Shown in pieces: positions 28,945-37,657 of a stretch of DNA of 64,000 nucleotides. The stretch spans positions 16,464-80,463 of the IMG/VR virus record IMGVR_UViG_2881966637_000004; one strand, written 5' to 3'. A model generated the notes under the pieces. It made no database searches, was not told the DNA's origin, and saw nothing but the letters and a program-made list of their open reading frames with translations. This DNA comes from a virus. Lineage: Duplodnaviria > Caudoviricetes. A program made the position numbers and the translations under genes. Each line of letters opens with the position of its first letter. Positions within the stretch are counted from its first letter, which is position 1.

Positions 28945-30876
28945 ATGGGAGTTCACACGAAACAACTAAGGGGTTACCACATACTTGACGACGAAACCGC
29001 CCTGTCGGCCTATAAGGGGTTGGTCAATCGCGCCATGCTGGCCTCGGGTCGGGCCTACACGTATGACCAGGGGGCAAGCGGCTCTCCGGATGGTGTGCTG
29101 ACCCTGGGCGCAACGGGAAAGGGGTCAGGGCTATGGCGGGCCAGGGTGCAGCAGGCCGTCAACCTGCGCGACTACATTACCGTGCCGTCGGGGCAAAATG
29201 CCACCAGCCAGGTACAGAAGGCCGTCAACTACTGCATTGCCACCGGACGAAGCCTCTACGTGCCGGGCGGACCGGACATCTACATCGCCAACGTGCTGAT
29301 CAATAATTCGCTGACCATCTTCGGCGACAGCAACCGGAGCGTGTTTGCGTTGGCGGAAGATGATGCGTATTGCTTTGTGATCGACACGCTGAACCAGACC
29401 TGCCTGCGCGACGTGTTCATGGTGTCACCGCCCAGCTATGGCCTGAATACCGGCGGCATGTACGTGACAGGTGGCAATAGCTATTCCGTCATTGACAACT
29501 GCTTTTTCCTGAACTGCCAGCAGAGTATCCACCTGCACAACGCGGCCTTCCAGACCATCAAAAACAACAGGTTTCTGGCGGGGCGGTATGGGGTCTGGGT
29601 AGAGAATCAGCCACACCCGGACGGCGGGGATAGCATCATTGAGAAGAATAAGTTCTGCGGCAACAGCCTGGCTTCGATTTTCTACCGCTCATCCGGTGGC
29701 TTGATGGTCTATAAAAACAAATTCCTGCCTCACAACGGAGTAGAGAATGGCGTTGCTTTTAACATGACGCTGGCCCCTGGGGCGCAGACGGTTGACTTGT
29801 TTATCCAGCAGAACAGCATAGAGTCGTACACCAACTACGGCATCATCCTGCAGATGGGGGCCGGCAGCCAGTTCTACGATGTACTCATCTCGCAGAACCA
29901 GATCGTTGACTACTCAGCCAACCCCACCAACACCAACATCGCCATCAATGGCGACGGGGGTACGCTTGAGAATGTCTTTGTTACGGACAATATTCTCAAA
30001 AACAAAGGGGATGCTATCTATGCCAACAATGTCAATGGCTTTTTGTCCACAGACAATATCATTGACTCGTTCCCAAGCCTGAACCTGACCAACACCAGAG
30101 CCTACAACCTGACCAATACGGTCACCAACCACAAGGTCTTCGGGAATATTCAGAAGCGACAGGCGTTGGCGGACATATTGCCCAACGGAGACGGCACCAA
30201 CCTGGTGGCGTATGGGGCTAGTCAATCCCTGTCAAGCGGGCAGAAAGTCCAGGCCAGAACAAACATCGGAGCCATGACGGTGAGTGACCTGAAACTGTCG
30301 GCGGTAACGACAGGGTCAGGCGTTCAGTACGCTCCCATCCTCACGCTGCCCGGCTCATCGGGGGCCAGCTACGACGGCAGTATTGTAGAGGTCGCGCTGG
30401 GGGGCTACTCAAGCAACGCCAAAAAGGTACTGACGATAAACGTCGGGCAGCGGGATGCGTTCATAGCAAACGCAATCTGCCAGGGCGACAACGGGGCACC
30501 CGGTAAAGTTGTCGCCTACCAGAACGCCGACAACTCCACTACCCTGTACGCCGTGGTTGACAGCTATATGGAGGTTGGGGTGTTTTACATCAAGACCGTT
30601 CAGTCAACGCCGGTCACGACGCTGGCACTTAGCTCGTCAACACCCACGGGTACGCTCATCTACGACTCGTCAGTCACCAAGCCCAACCTGGAAGTCGGGT
30701 CCGACTTTGTACGGGCTGGCGGGAATATGATTCCTTCCGTTCTGGAAAAAGCGGGCGCACCGTCCACGACCGACATCCCCGACAAGTCATGGCGGCTGGT
30801 TGACAACACCAGCGATGGTAGCGTAAAGCTGTACTACAACAAGGGCGGCACACTCAAATCGGTAACGTTAAGCTAA
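28945..30876 (+). CDS. Pectate-lyase-like beta-helix tailspike
   Basis: VNLRDY...NATSQVQKAVN N-terminal motif, then parallel beta-helix repeats (IDNCFF, IKNNRF, IEKNKF, IQQNSI, ISQNQI). Confidence 0.75.
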   Translation: MGVHTKQLRGYHILDDETALSAYKGLVNRAMLASGRAYTYDQGASGSPDGVLTLGATGKGSGLWRARVQQAVNLRDYITVPSGQNATSQVQKAVNYCIATGRSLYVPGGPDIYIANVLINNSLTIFGDSNRSVFALAEDDAYCFVIDTLNQTCLRDVFMVSPPSYGLNTGGMYVTGGNSYSVIDNCFFLNCQQSIHLHNAAFQTIKNNRFLAGRYGVWVENQPHPDGGDSIIEKNKFCGNSLASIFYRSSGGLMVYKNKFLPHNGVENGVAFNMTLAPGAQTVDLFIQQNSIESYTNYGIILQMGAGSQFYDVLISQNQIVDYSANPTNTNIAINGDGGTLENVFVTDNILKNKGDAIYANNVNGFLSTDNIIDSFPSLNLTNTRAYNLTNTVTNHKVFGNIQKRQALADILPNGDGTNLVAYGASQSLSSGQKVQARTNIGAMTVSDLKLSAVTTGSGVQYAPILTLPGSSGASYDGSIVEVALGGYSSNAKKVLTINVGQRDAFIANAICQGDNGAPGKVVAYQNADNSTTLYAVVDSYMEVGVFYIKTVQSTPVTTLALSSSTPTGTLIYDSSVTKPNLEVGSDFVRAGGNMIPSVLEKAGAPSTTDIPDKSWRLVDNTSDGSVKLYYNKGGTLKSVTLS

Positions 30877-30882
30877 ACGCAT

Positions 30883-31530
30883 ATGCTCATTCTCAAACGC
30901 ATCGGCCTGTGGGTGGCTAAAAACCCCATCGTCATCGGCCTCGCCCTGCTGGTCTGGGTCATGCTGGCCACCTACCAGTGCAACCGCAACGGGCAAAAGC
31001 TCACCGCCCAGCAGGACCGCAGCGACAGCCTGGCCCGCTCGGTTGTATCGCTGGCCAAAGACACGCTCGTCAAGGGGCGAACGATCTCCCTGGCGAAAGC
31101 CGACTACGCCCGCACCGACAGCGCGTGGAAAGCCGAGAAGCGCAACATCAAGATCAAGGTCGCCTGGCTACCGGGCCCGGCCCGCGTGGATACGGTCTGG
31201 AAAATCCTGCGCGACACGGGCCTCGACTCGTCCGCCAGTCCGATCTACCCCACCGAGCCAGCCCTGGCGACCGCCATTGCCCGGCTGACGGGGAGTGGGT
31301 ATTCGGTGTATGATTCGGCGCGGCAGGCGGGCCTGACCCGCATGGCCCTGGAATACCGCTTTCTGCGCGACACCAGGGACGCCAACGAGCGGGGCGTGTC
31401 GATCTACCGGGGGCAGGTAGCCGCCCTGCTCGAAGCCCAGCAGTCGCTCAAAGACTGCCACCACTGGCTCTTCTGCAGCTGCGACCGCAAGGCGCGTCGC
31501 GTCGAACGTAAACTGGCCAGACCCGACTAA
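30883..31530 (+). CDS. Membrane-anchored coiled-coil protein (spanin-like)
   Basis: N-terminal TM helix and helical periplasmic part; first gene of the lysis cassette. Confidence 0.5.
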   Translation: MLILKRIGLWVAKNPIVIGLALLVWVMLATYQCNRNGQKLTAQQDRSDSLARSVVSLAKDTLVKGRTISLAKADYARTDSAWKAEKRNIKIKVAWLPGPARVDTVWKILRDTGLDSSASPIYPTEPALATAIARLTGSGYSVYDSARQAGLTRMALEYRFLRDTRDANERGVSIYRGQVAALLEAQQSLKDCHHWLFCSCDRKARRVERKLARPD

Positions 31531-31563
31531 CCCTCAACGCCATGTGCAAAACCACTTCAACCT

Positions 31564-31953
31564 GTGAGAGAGGAACTGCTGATAACCAGGATACCCCTGT
31601 ACCTGGACGTACTGATTGTGCTATGCGCCTTCGTGGGTGCGCTGGTTCGGCTGTTCCGGGGCGAGGCTCTGACGTTCGTGGCCAGCGCGAAGGAGCTATT
31701 CTCGGGCTTCTGCATCGGCATGGCCCTGACGGCCCCGGCCCTGTGGGGCTTCAAGCTGCCGCTCTGGATGGGGATGCCCATTGCGTTCCTGCTGAGTCTG
31801 TTCAGCAGCCTGCTCGTCTCCATCGTGGAGAAGAAGCTGGGCGAATTGCGCGACATGAAATTTTCTGAGATCGTCAAGGTCGTATTCACCGAACTGATCG
31901 GCGAGATCAAGCGACTCTTTCCGGGTAAAACCAACAACACACCGCCGAACTGA
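31564..31953 (+). CDS. Holin-like membrane protein
   Basis: 129 aa, about 3 TM segments, charged C-terminus. Confidence 0.6.
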   Translation: MREELLITRIPLYLDVLIVLCAFVGALVRLFRGEALTFVASAKELFSGFCIGMALTAPALWGFKLPLWMGMPIAFLLSLFSSLLVSIVEKKLGELRDMKFSEIVKVVFTELIGEIKRLFPGKTNNTPPN

Positions 31954-31954
31954 C

Positions 31955-32476
31955 ATGGACACCTTACACCTCCTCTCCGTAATTACAGCCATCGGTGCCC
32001 TGCTGGGTGCCGTCGGCCTCGCTGTACTGGTCGGCATGATGGGCGACGAGCCCGGCCGCGAGATGCGCTTTCCCTGGACTGTCCGGGCGGGCACGGCCCT
32101 GCTGTCGGTGTCGCTGCTGGGGGTGTCGCTGAGTATCTTCCGCGCCCCGCCCCTGCTACCCTGGGCGGAGGCCGCGATGGTCGTGTCGCTACTGTGGCTC
32201 AGCGTAACCGGACTAACCCTTTACATGCGCCAGCCGATGACCCTGGAAGAGCGGGTCCGCTTTGTGGTGGGCTCCCTGCTGGTGGGGGCCGTCATCCTGG
32301 GGGCTGGCCTGCTGATCGAGTACGTGATCTACGAGATCAGCCAGAACAGTGCGCGGCAGGCCGAATCCCTCTCCAACCAAGAGGAGATAATGAACAAGAT
32401 GGACACCACCCGGCGCGACCTGGATTCCATCAAGGCAATGCTGAAAGACTCCACCCATAGACAACCACACCCATGA
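31955..32476 (+). CDS. Multi-TM membrane protein (holin/antiholin-like)
   Basis: About 4 hydrophobic helices plus a C-terminal coiled coil. Confidence 0.5.
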   Translation: MDTLHLLSVITAIGALLGAVGLAVLVGMMGDEPGREMRFPWTVRAGTALLSVSLLGVSLSIFRAPPLLPWAEAAMVVSLLWLSVTGLTLYMRQPMTLEERVRFVVGSLLVGAVILGAGLLIEYVIYEISQNSARQAESLSNQEEIMNKMDTTRRDLDSIKAMLKDSTHRQPHP

Positions 32477-32910
32477 GACAGATTGATCATATCGTACTCC
32501 ACTGCACCGCTGGTCCGCAGAGCCAGACCATCGACGCGATTAAGAACTGGTGGAAGACCGGCCTCGGCTGGAAACAGGTTGGCTACCATATACTCATCAA
32601 GGCCGACGGCGAAGCCGTGCGGTTGGCCGAAGACGAGGTGGTGACCAACGGCGTAAAGAACCACAACGCCCGATCCATCCACATCTCCTATATCGGCGGG
32701 GTCAACAAGAACGGAGTGGCGGTTGATAACCGGACGCCGGCTCAGATCGCTACGCAGCTCCGGCTGCTTCGGGAGTACAAAGAGAAGTACCCTGCTGCCC
32801 GGATCGTGGGGCACCGCGACTTCCTGGTGCCGGGTAAGCCGGGCTACAAGTCCTGCCCGTCGTTCTCGGTGCGCGACTTTCTGACCAAACACGCCCCCGA
32901 GTTGCTATGA
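32473..32910 (+). CDS. N-acetylmuramoyl-L-alanine amidase endolysin (T7 lysozyme/Amidase_2 type)
   Basis: IVLHCTAG, GWKQVGYHILI, HISYIGG, IVGHRDF and KSCPSF Zn-amidase motifs. Confidence 0.92.
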   Translation: MRQIDHIVLHCTAGPQSQTIDAIKNWWKTGLGWKQVGYHILIKADGEAVRLAEDEVVTNGVKNHNARSIHISYIGGVNKNGVAVDNRTPAQIATQLRLLREYKEKYPAARIVGHRDFLVPGKPGYKSCPSFSVRDFLTKHAPELL

Positions 32911-33779
32911 ACTTCCCCTGTTACGTGTCGGCCGGTGGCCTCGGCGATTCGGTGTCGGGCCTGTACGCAGCCTGCGGACTCGCCGATCAGGGGGGCGAGG
33001 GCAACACCGTTGTCTTTCACACCAGACACCCCAGCTGGCTGGCGTCGTTCTCCCATCCCAACCTGGTGCTGGCTCCTCATCTGGATAACCAGCCAATGGG
33101 TCCGGACATGAACGAGGGCTACGACGCGCAGCTCCACTACGCCCAGTCCAGAAAGCAGCACTACTGCACCAACCTCGGCCGCCAGTACGTTATTGAGGGG
33201 GTGCGGCCGGCTCGCCCCCGCTACCATACCGAGCTGCCGTTTGTGCTGGAACCGAGCCTGTCGCCCTACGTGGTGCTGTCGCCCTTCTCGGCGTATTCGT
33301 CCAGGGCGTGGCCGCTGATGCACTGGGTCCGGCTGGCGATCCGGCTGGGCGAAGCGGGCTTTCATGTAGTGGTACTCGACAGCAACGAAGAGAAGATGGC
33401 TCCCTTTCAGCATACGGGTGCCAGCTGGTGGTTCGGGATGCACCCGTCCTGGGTGATGGGATGCCTCGAACACGCGGCTGCGGTGGTGGCCAACGACTCG
33501 GGCCTCGCCCACGCGGCCGGGCTGCTGGGCACACCGACCGTCGCGGTGATGGCGCAGCTGAGTCCGCTGCAGGTCTTTTCCCATACCGACGTGCAGGGGG
33601 TGATTCCCTCTGCGTCCTGTTCGCCCTGCGCCTGGCGCGGTGACCGGGGCTGGCGAAAACCGTGCGACGACCTGGGCTGCTCGGCTCTGCACAGCATCCC
33701 GGTGGAGACGGTGCTGCAGCGCACGGTCAGCATCACCAGGCCGGCGGTGTCGGCGCGGCAGGTTGCCCTGCAACAGTAG
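32907..33779 (+). CDS. Glycosyltransferase family 9 (heptosyltransferase-like)
   Basis: GGLGD N-terminal motif, VVLSPFS...RAWP...W, ANDSGLAHAAGLLGTPTVAV signature and a C-terminal CSPC...C....C cluster. Confidence 0.85.
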   Translation: MNFPCYVSAGGLGDSVSGLYAACGLADQGGEGNTVVFHTRHPSWLASFSHPNLVLAPHLDNQPMGPDMNEGYDAQLHYAQSRKQHYCTNLGRQYVIEGVRPARPRYHTELPFVLEPSLSPYVVLSPFSAYSSRAWPLMHWVRLAIRLGEAGFHVVVLDSNEEKMAPFQHTGASWWFGMHPSWVMGCLEHAAAVVANDSGLAHAAGLLGTPTVAVMAQLSPLQVFSHTDVQGVIPSASCSPCAWRGDRGWRKPCDDLGCSALHSIPVETVLQRTVSITRPAVSARQVALQQ

Positions 33780-33784
33780 GACTT

Positions 33785-33814
33785 GTCAACTTTTGTCAAC
33801 TGTTGTATCTTTCG
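33785..33814 (+). promoter_or_regulatory. Box GTCAAC TTTT GTCAAC plus TATCTTTCG -7-like element
   Basis: Upstream of the packaging genes; followed by GGGAGCCAAC, also seen after the -7 box at 36508. Confidence 0.7.
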
Positions 33815-33833
33815 GGAGCCAACCATCACGACC

Positions 33834-34436
33834 ATGACCGACGTGCTCCCCCAGCCAGTACCCAAACCCGCTCTCGCCGACGACGATCAGCGCGATGCGC
33901 TGACGTTTCTCTCCGAGCGGATCGCCTTTCTCGAACACCGGGAAAGTGAACTCTCCCAGCTACTGGCCTACCTGGCCGAAGAGGCCGGCAGTACCGTGCT
34001 GCTGCGGCTGCAGTTCCACAAAAGGCGGCAGCTGCTGCACGACATCGCCGTGGCGGAGTACCAGCTGGAAAGTGAATGGGTGCTTTACTCGGCCAGCCGC
34101 GCCTGGCAGAAGGGCCATCCCAGGAAAGATCACGGCGTCAACACCCGCAGTCTGGGTAACGACAACGAGAAGGCAGCGCGGTACGTCATCTGGTTTCTGC
34201 TGCTGCGCTACGACCAGTACGCCAGCCGGTCGGTGCTGGAAGAGGAGTACGGCATGGGCGGCAGCCAGAACACGGTGGCCCTGCTGAGCAAGCTGCTCAC
34301 CAAAGAAGGCCAGAAAAGCCGGATGGCTACCGTGGAGCGCAAGTTCCTCGAAGCCATCGGCTGGATACAGCCCGGCCAGCGGTTCGTTGCCACCGAGCTA
34401 CCCGCCCCCGGCGAACCCATCAACCCCTGGAAATAA
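33834..34436 (+). CDS. Hypothetical protein (positional candidate for terminase small subunit)
   Basis: Helical 200-aa protein whose stop overlaps the TerL start. Confidence 0.45.
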   Translation: MTDVLPQPVPKPALADDDQRDALTFLSERIAFLEHRESELSQLLAYLAEEAGSTVLLRLQFHKRRQLLHDIAVAEYQLESEWVLYSASRAWQKGHPRKDHGVNTRSLGNDNEKAARYVIWFLLLRYDQYASRSVLEEEYGMGGSQNTVALLSKLLTKEGQKSRMATVERKFLEAIGWIQPGQRFVATELPAPGEPINPWK

Positions 34437-36445
34437 TGAAGTCGCGTCGTCTCGAACGGGAAAAACAAAAGGCTGGCCTGCCCAGCAAATACGACAGGAT
34501 ACGCCCGGTCGAGCGCGACTACCTGACCCATCCTGACAGTGTGCAGGTCAAGTATCGGCCCGTCCTGCAGGCTCCCATTCCCGACCCGCCCGAGGAAGGT
34601 GAGGTAGGCACCGAGCGGGCGATCTGGTGGCAGACGCAGCTCTACCGCTGCAAATACGGATGGACCTACGAAGCCGAGGGCGAGACGCCGAAGTACTTCA
34701 CCCCGGCCTACTACTTCTACCTCAACTTCGTCAAGGTTGAGATCAAGGACAAGAAGCGGGGCCGGAAGCGGATGGCACCCTTGTATTCGGACTCCGACCA
34801 CCGCATCTTCAACTGGATATACAGCCTCGAAGCCCAGGCGTATTCGATGGCCAGAGACGGCATCGTCACCAAAGGGCGACGCAAACACTGGTCCTACATC
34901 ACCCACTGCGGGGTGTTTCTGCACGACTTCTGCTTCGATACGGCCAGCCACGTAGCGATTGGCTACGACAGCAAGATAAGCCGGGAAGAAGGGCAGCGCA
35001 TTTTTCAGGGGGCGTACAACTCGCTGCCCAGCTATTTTAAGCACGACACCCTCTACACGGAAAAAGAGGGCGAGCTGTCGAATGGCGAAGCGGTCTACGA
35101 CGCCGACGGTCAGTTGACGGGCTACGTGGAGCGTAACACCATTATCTTTCGGGAGCTGGATAAAAACCCCGGCGGCCTGCGGGGTAGAAACCTCAAGCGG
35201 GTACTCCTGGATGAGATCGGCAAGTACCGCAACGCGATGGCCTGCGTGATCGCTACCGAAGATGCGCTGCGCGAAGGCCTCGACAAGCACGGCTCCCTGC
35301 TGGCGGGTGGCACGTCGGATGCCATCAGTAACGAATCGAAAGATTATAAGACGCTCTGGAAACAGGCCGACGTGCGGGGCTGGGGTCGGCTGTTTGTCAG
35401 CGCGGGCTGGGTAGCCCCCCCCTACTTTGATTATTTTACGGGCGTCTCCGACATCAAGGCGGCCGAAGCCGAGTATCGGGCCGAGCGGGATGCGCTGCTC
35501 AACGTCGGCGACGTGATGGGCTACTATGGCAAAATGCAGGAGAACCCCCTCACGCCCGAGGAGTGCTTCAACCCGCCCGTGCGCAGCCGCTACCCAGCCC
35601 ACATCATCCAGGAGCAGGTGTTCTTTCTGCGCCAGTGGCCCACCGAACACTGGATCATCCGGGGTAGGCTGGACTGGGTCAACGACGTACTGGGTAATCA
35701 CATCCGGGTGGACTTCACCGAAGACCCCAATGGGTCGTGGCACTTTTACCGCGACGGCTTTCCCCGCCGTGACCTGCCCGGCCTGGACATTCTCGGCGTC
35801 GATGACGTGTACCTGGACAAAGAGCGGGAAGAGGTGAGCGACGACGACTCGCTGCAGAGTATCGTCATCAAACGGCGCAAGGTGGATAAGCAGTTTGAGA
35901 ACGATCTGTTCGTGGCCTACTACGAAGACCGCCACGACCGGCACGTCTTCGCCCGCGAACTCCACAAAGCCCTCTGGTTCACCAACGGCAAAGCCATCAT
36001 CGAAAACAACGACAAGTTTCTGCCCGACTTTCTGCAGCGCAACAACCTGCAGGATCAGGTGATCTGGGTAAACGGCAAGATGGGTATCCGCAACGACGAG
36101 CGGACGATCCCCCACCAGCAGATGCTGGCCCAGGACTGGTTCGACGCGGGCGGTGCCAGCCGCTGCTACTTCGAGCGCATCCTGGACAGCTTCAAAAACT
36201 TCCGGTCCACCAACGACGACGTGGCTTCGGCCGCTCACCTGGCCCTGCACGCCGAAGACATCATCAAGGACCACCCCATCCGCACGGAAGCCGACGCCAA
36301 AGGCTTCGGCCTCAAGATCGGCACGGGCTACTCGCCCCTGCTGGCCAGGATGACGGGTCTGCAGGACACCGGCCTGAACGGCGAATCGGGTTCCCGGCTC
36401 GACGGCATACGCCGGATGCGTGAGCAGATGCGCCGGGTGGCGTAG
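34436..36445 (+). CDS. terL: Terminase large subunit, crAss-like
   Basis: YYFYLNF, Walker A-like KGRRKHWSY, Walker B VLLDEIGK, GGTSD, nuclease GVDD and DDVASA motifs. Confidence 0.88.
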   Translation: MKSRRLEREKQKAGLPSKYDRIRPVERDYLTHPDSVQVKYRPVLQAPIPDPPEEGEVGTERAIWWQTQLYRCKYGWTYEAEGETPKYFTPAYYFYLNFVKVEIKDKKRGRKRMAPLYSDSDHRIFNWIYSLEAQAYSMARDGIVTKGRRKHWSYITHCGVFLHDFCFDTASHVAIGYDSKISREEGQRIFQGAYNSLPSYFKHDTLYTEKEGELSNGEAVYDADGQLTGYVERNTIIFRELDKNPGGLRGRNLKRVLLDEIGKYRNAMACVIATEDALREGLDKHGSLLAGGTSDAISNESKDYKTLWKQADVRGWGRLFVSAGWVAPPYFDYFTGVSDIKAAEAEYRAERDALLNVGDVMGYYGKMQENPLTPEECFNPPVRSRYPAHIIQEQVFFLRQWPTEHWIIRGRLDWVNDVLGNHIRVDFTEDPNGSWHFYRDGFPRRDLPGLDILGVDDVYLDKEREEVSDDDSLQSIVIKRRKVDKQFENDLFVAYYEDRHDRHVFARELHKALWFTNGKAIIENNDKFLPDFLQRNNLQDQVIWVNGKMGIRNDERTIPHQQMLAQDWFDAGGASRCYFERILDSFKNFRSTNDDVASAAHLALHAEDIIKDHPIRTEADAKGFGLKIGTGYSPLLARMTGLQDTGLNGESGSRLDGIRRMREQMRRVA

Positions 36446-36460
36446 TCAACCCTTGTCAAC
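36445..36460 (+). promoter_or_regulatory. Box GTCAAC CCTT GTCAAC
   Basis: Overlaps the TerL stop, directly upstream of late promoter B. Confidence 0.7.
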
Positions 36461-36465
36461 GCACA

Positions 36466-36515
36466 TTTGACAGGGGGGCTGTCAACATTCGCGGGGCGGG
36501 TGCCGACTACTTTTG
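36466..36515 (+). promoter_or_regulatory. Late promoter candidate B: TTGACAG-N5-CTGTCAA palindrome plus TACTTTTG -7 box
   Basis: 23-nt identity with 19828-19850; TAnnTTTG at 36508-36515; precedes scaffold and capsid. Confidence 0.7.
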
Positions 36516-36544
36516 GGAGCCAACAATCCCAAAACTGATTCGCC

Positions 36545-37591
36545 ATGACGGCAACTGCATCCACGCTTTCCCAGACGCCCGAGGACTTCTTCTCCAACGA
36601 CCTGCCGGCAGAAGCCCCGGCAACCCCCGGTGGACAGGCGGCCCCAGCCAGTCCGGCACCCGCTCCGGCAACACCGCCAGCCGCGCCGGCTGCACCCGCC
36701 ACGCCAACGACTACCCTACCGGCTCCGGCAACACCGCCCGCCGATCCGGCCCAGCCTGCCACACCACCGGCCGACGGATGGGGTGACGAGTGGGAAGACC
36801 CCGCAGCTCCGGCAGCTCCGGCTGCGCCCGCCACGCCAACGACTACCCCACCGGCCCCGGTAGACGCCAACCCCGTACTGAGCCGGCTGGCCCAGCGGCT
36901 GGGTCTGAACGAATTACCCGCCGACCCGGAGGCCTGGGAGCGGGCGGTTGATCAGTACACCGCCAGTCAGGTGCAGGTGATGCCCGACGAACTGGGACAA
37001 CTCAACAGCCACCTCGCCCTGACGGGCAAAGACTTTCTCAGGGCCGAGATCGCGGCCCGCTTCCGTGACCCGGTGGTCAACGGCCCGGACTTCGTGGAGA
37101 ATAAACTCCTCGAACTCGAAGACAGCGGACGGCTCGAAGAAGCCGAGCGGTACTACCGCCAGGAGCGGACGCAGCAGCGCGACCAGATCGTGACCCAGGC
37201 CCGTCAGCAGCAGCAGCAGGCCGAGCAGCAGGCCCGTCAGCAGATTGCCGCCATCGAGCAGCACATCGACGGAGCCAAAAGCCCGGACGGGCAGGCGTAT
37301 CCGCAGCGGGTGCGCGACGAGATCAAGCGGTTCATCTTCTCGGGTGAGCTGGCCCAGACGCTGTACGGAAAAGAAAACGCCGACGCCCTGCTGGACGTAG
37401 CCCTGCGCTACCACCCCAAGCTGCGGGAGCAGTACACCAAACGCTACGAAGCCGCCCTGCTCAAGCGCGGGGAGTCGTCGGCGTACCGGAGTCTGGAAAA
37501 CACGACACTGAACGTAGGCTCAGGCTACGGCGCACCCCAGCAGGGTAGCCAGATCGCCAAAAGCGACGAAGACTTTTTCTCGAACAACTAA
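36545..37591 (+). CDS. Capsid scaffolding protein
   Basis: Pro/Ala/Thr low-complexity N-terminus, acidic coiled-coil C-half, directly upstream of the major capsid gene. Confidence 0.65.
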   Translation: MTATASTLSQTPEDFFSNDLPAEAPATPGGQAAPASPAPAPATPPAAPAAPATPTTTLPAPATPPADPAQPATPPADGWGDEWEDPAAPAAPAAPATPTTTPPAPVDANPVLSRLAQRLGLNELPADPEAWERAVDQYTASQVQVMPDELGQLNSHLALTGKDFLRAEIAARFRDPVVNGPDFVENKLLELEDSGRLEEAERYYRQERTQQRDQIVTQARQQQQQAEQQARQQIAAIEQHIDGAKSPDGQAYPQRVRDEIKRFIFSGELAQTLYGKENADALLDVALRYHPKLREQYTKRYEAALLKRGESSAYRSLENTTLNVGSGYGAPQQGSQIAKSDEDFFSNN

Positions 37592-37657
37592 ACCAATGTG
37601 GCCTCGGGGCTACCGTGTGAGGGCTTTCTATCCACACCACTTTTTATCTAACAGAAT

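Noticed and set aside
36620-36870. Pro/Ala/Thr repeats in the scaffold N-terminus
   Set aside because: Ordinary low-complexity scaffold region with a short internal duplication.
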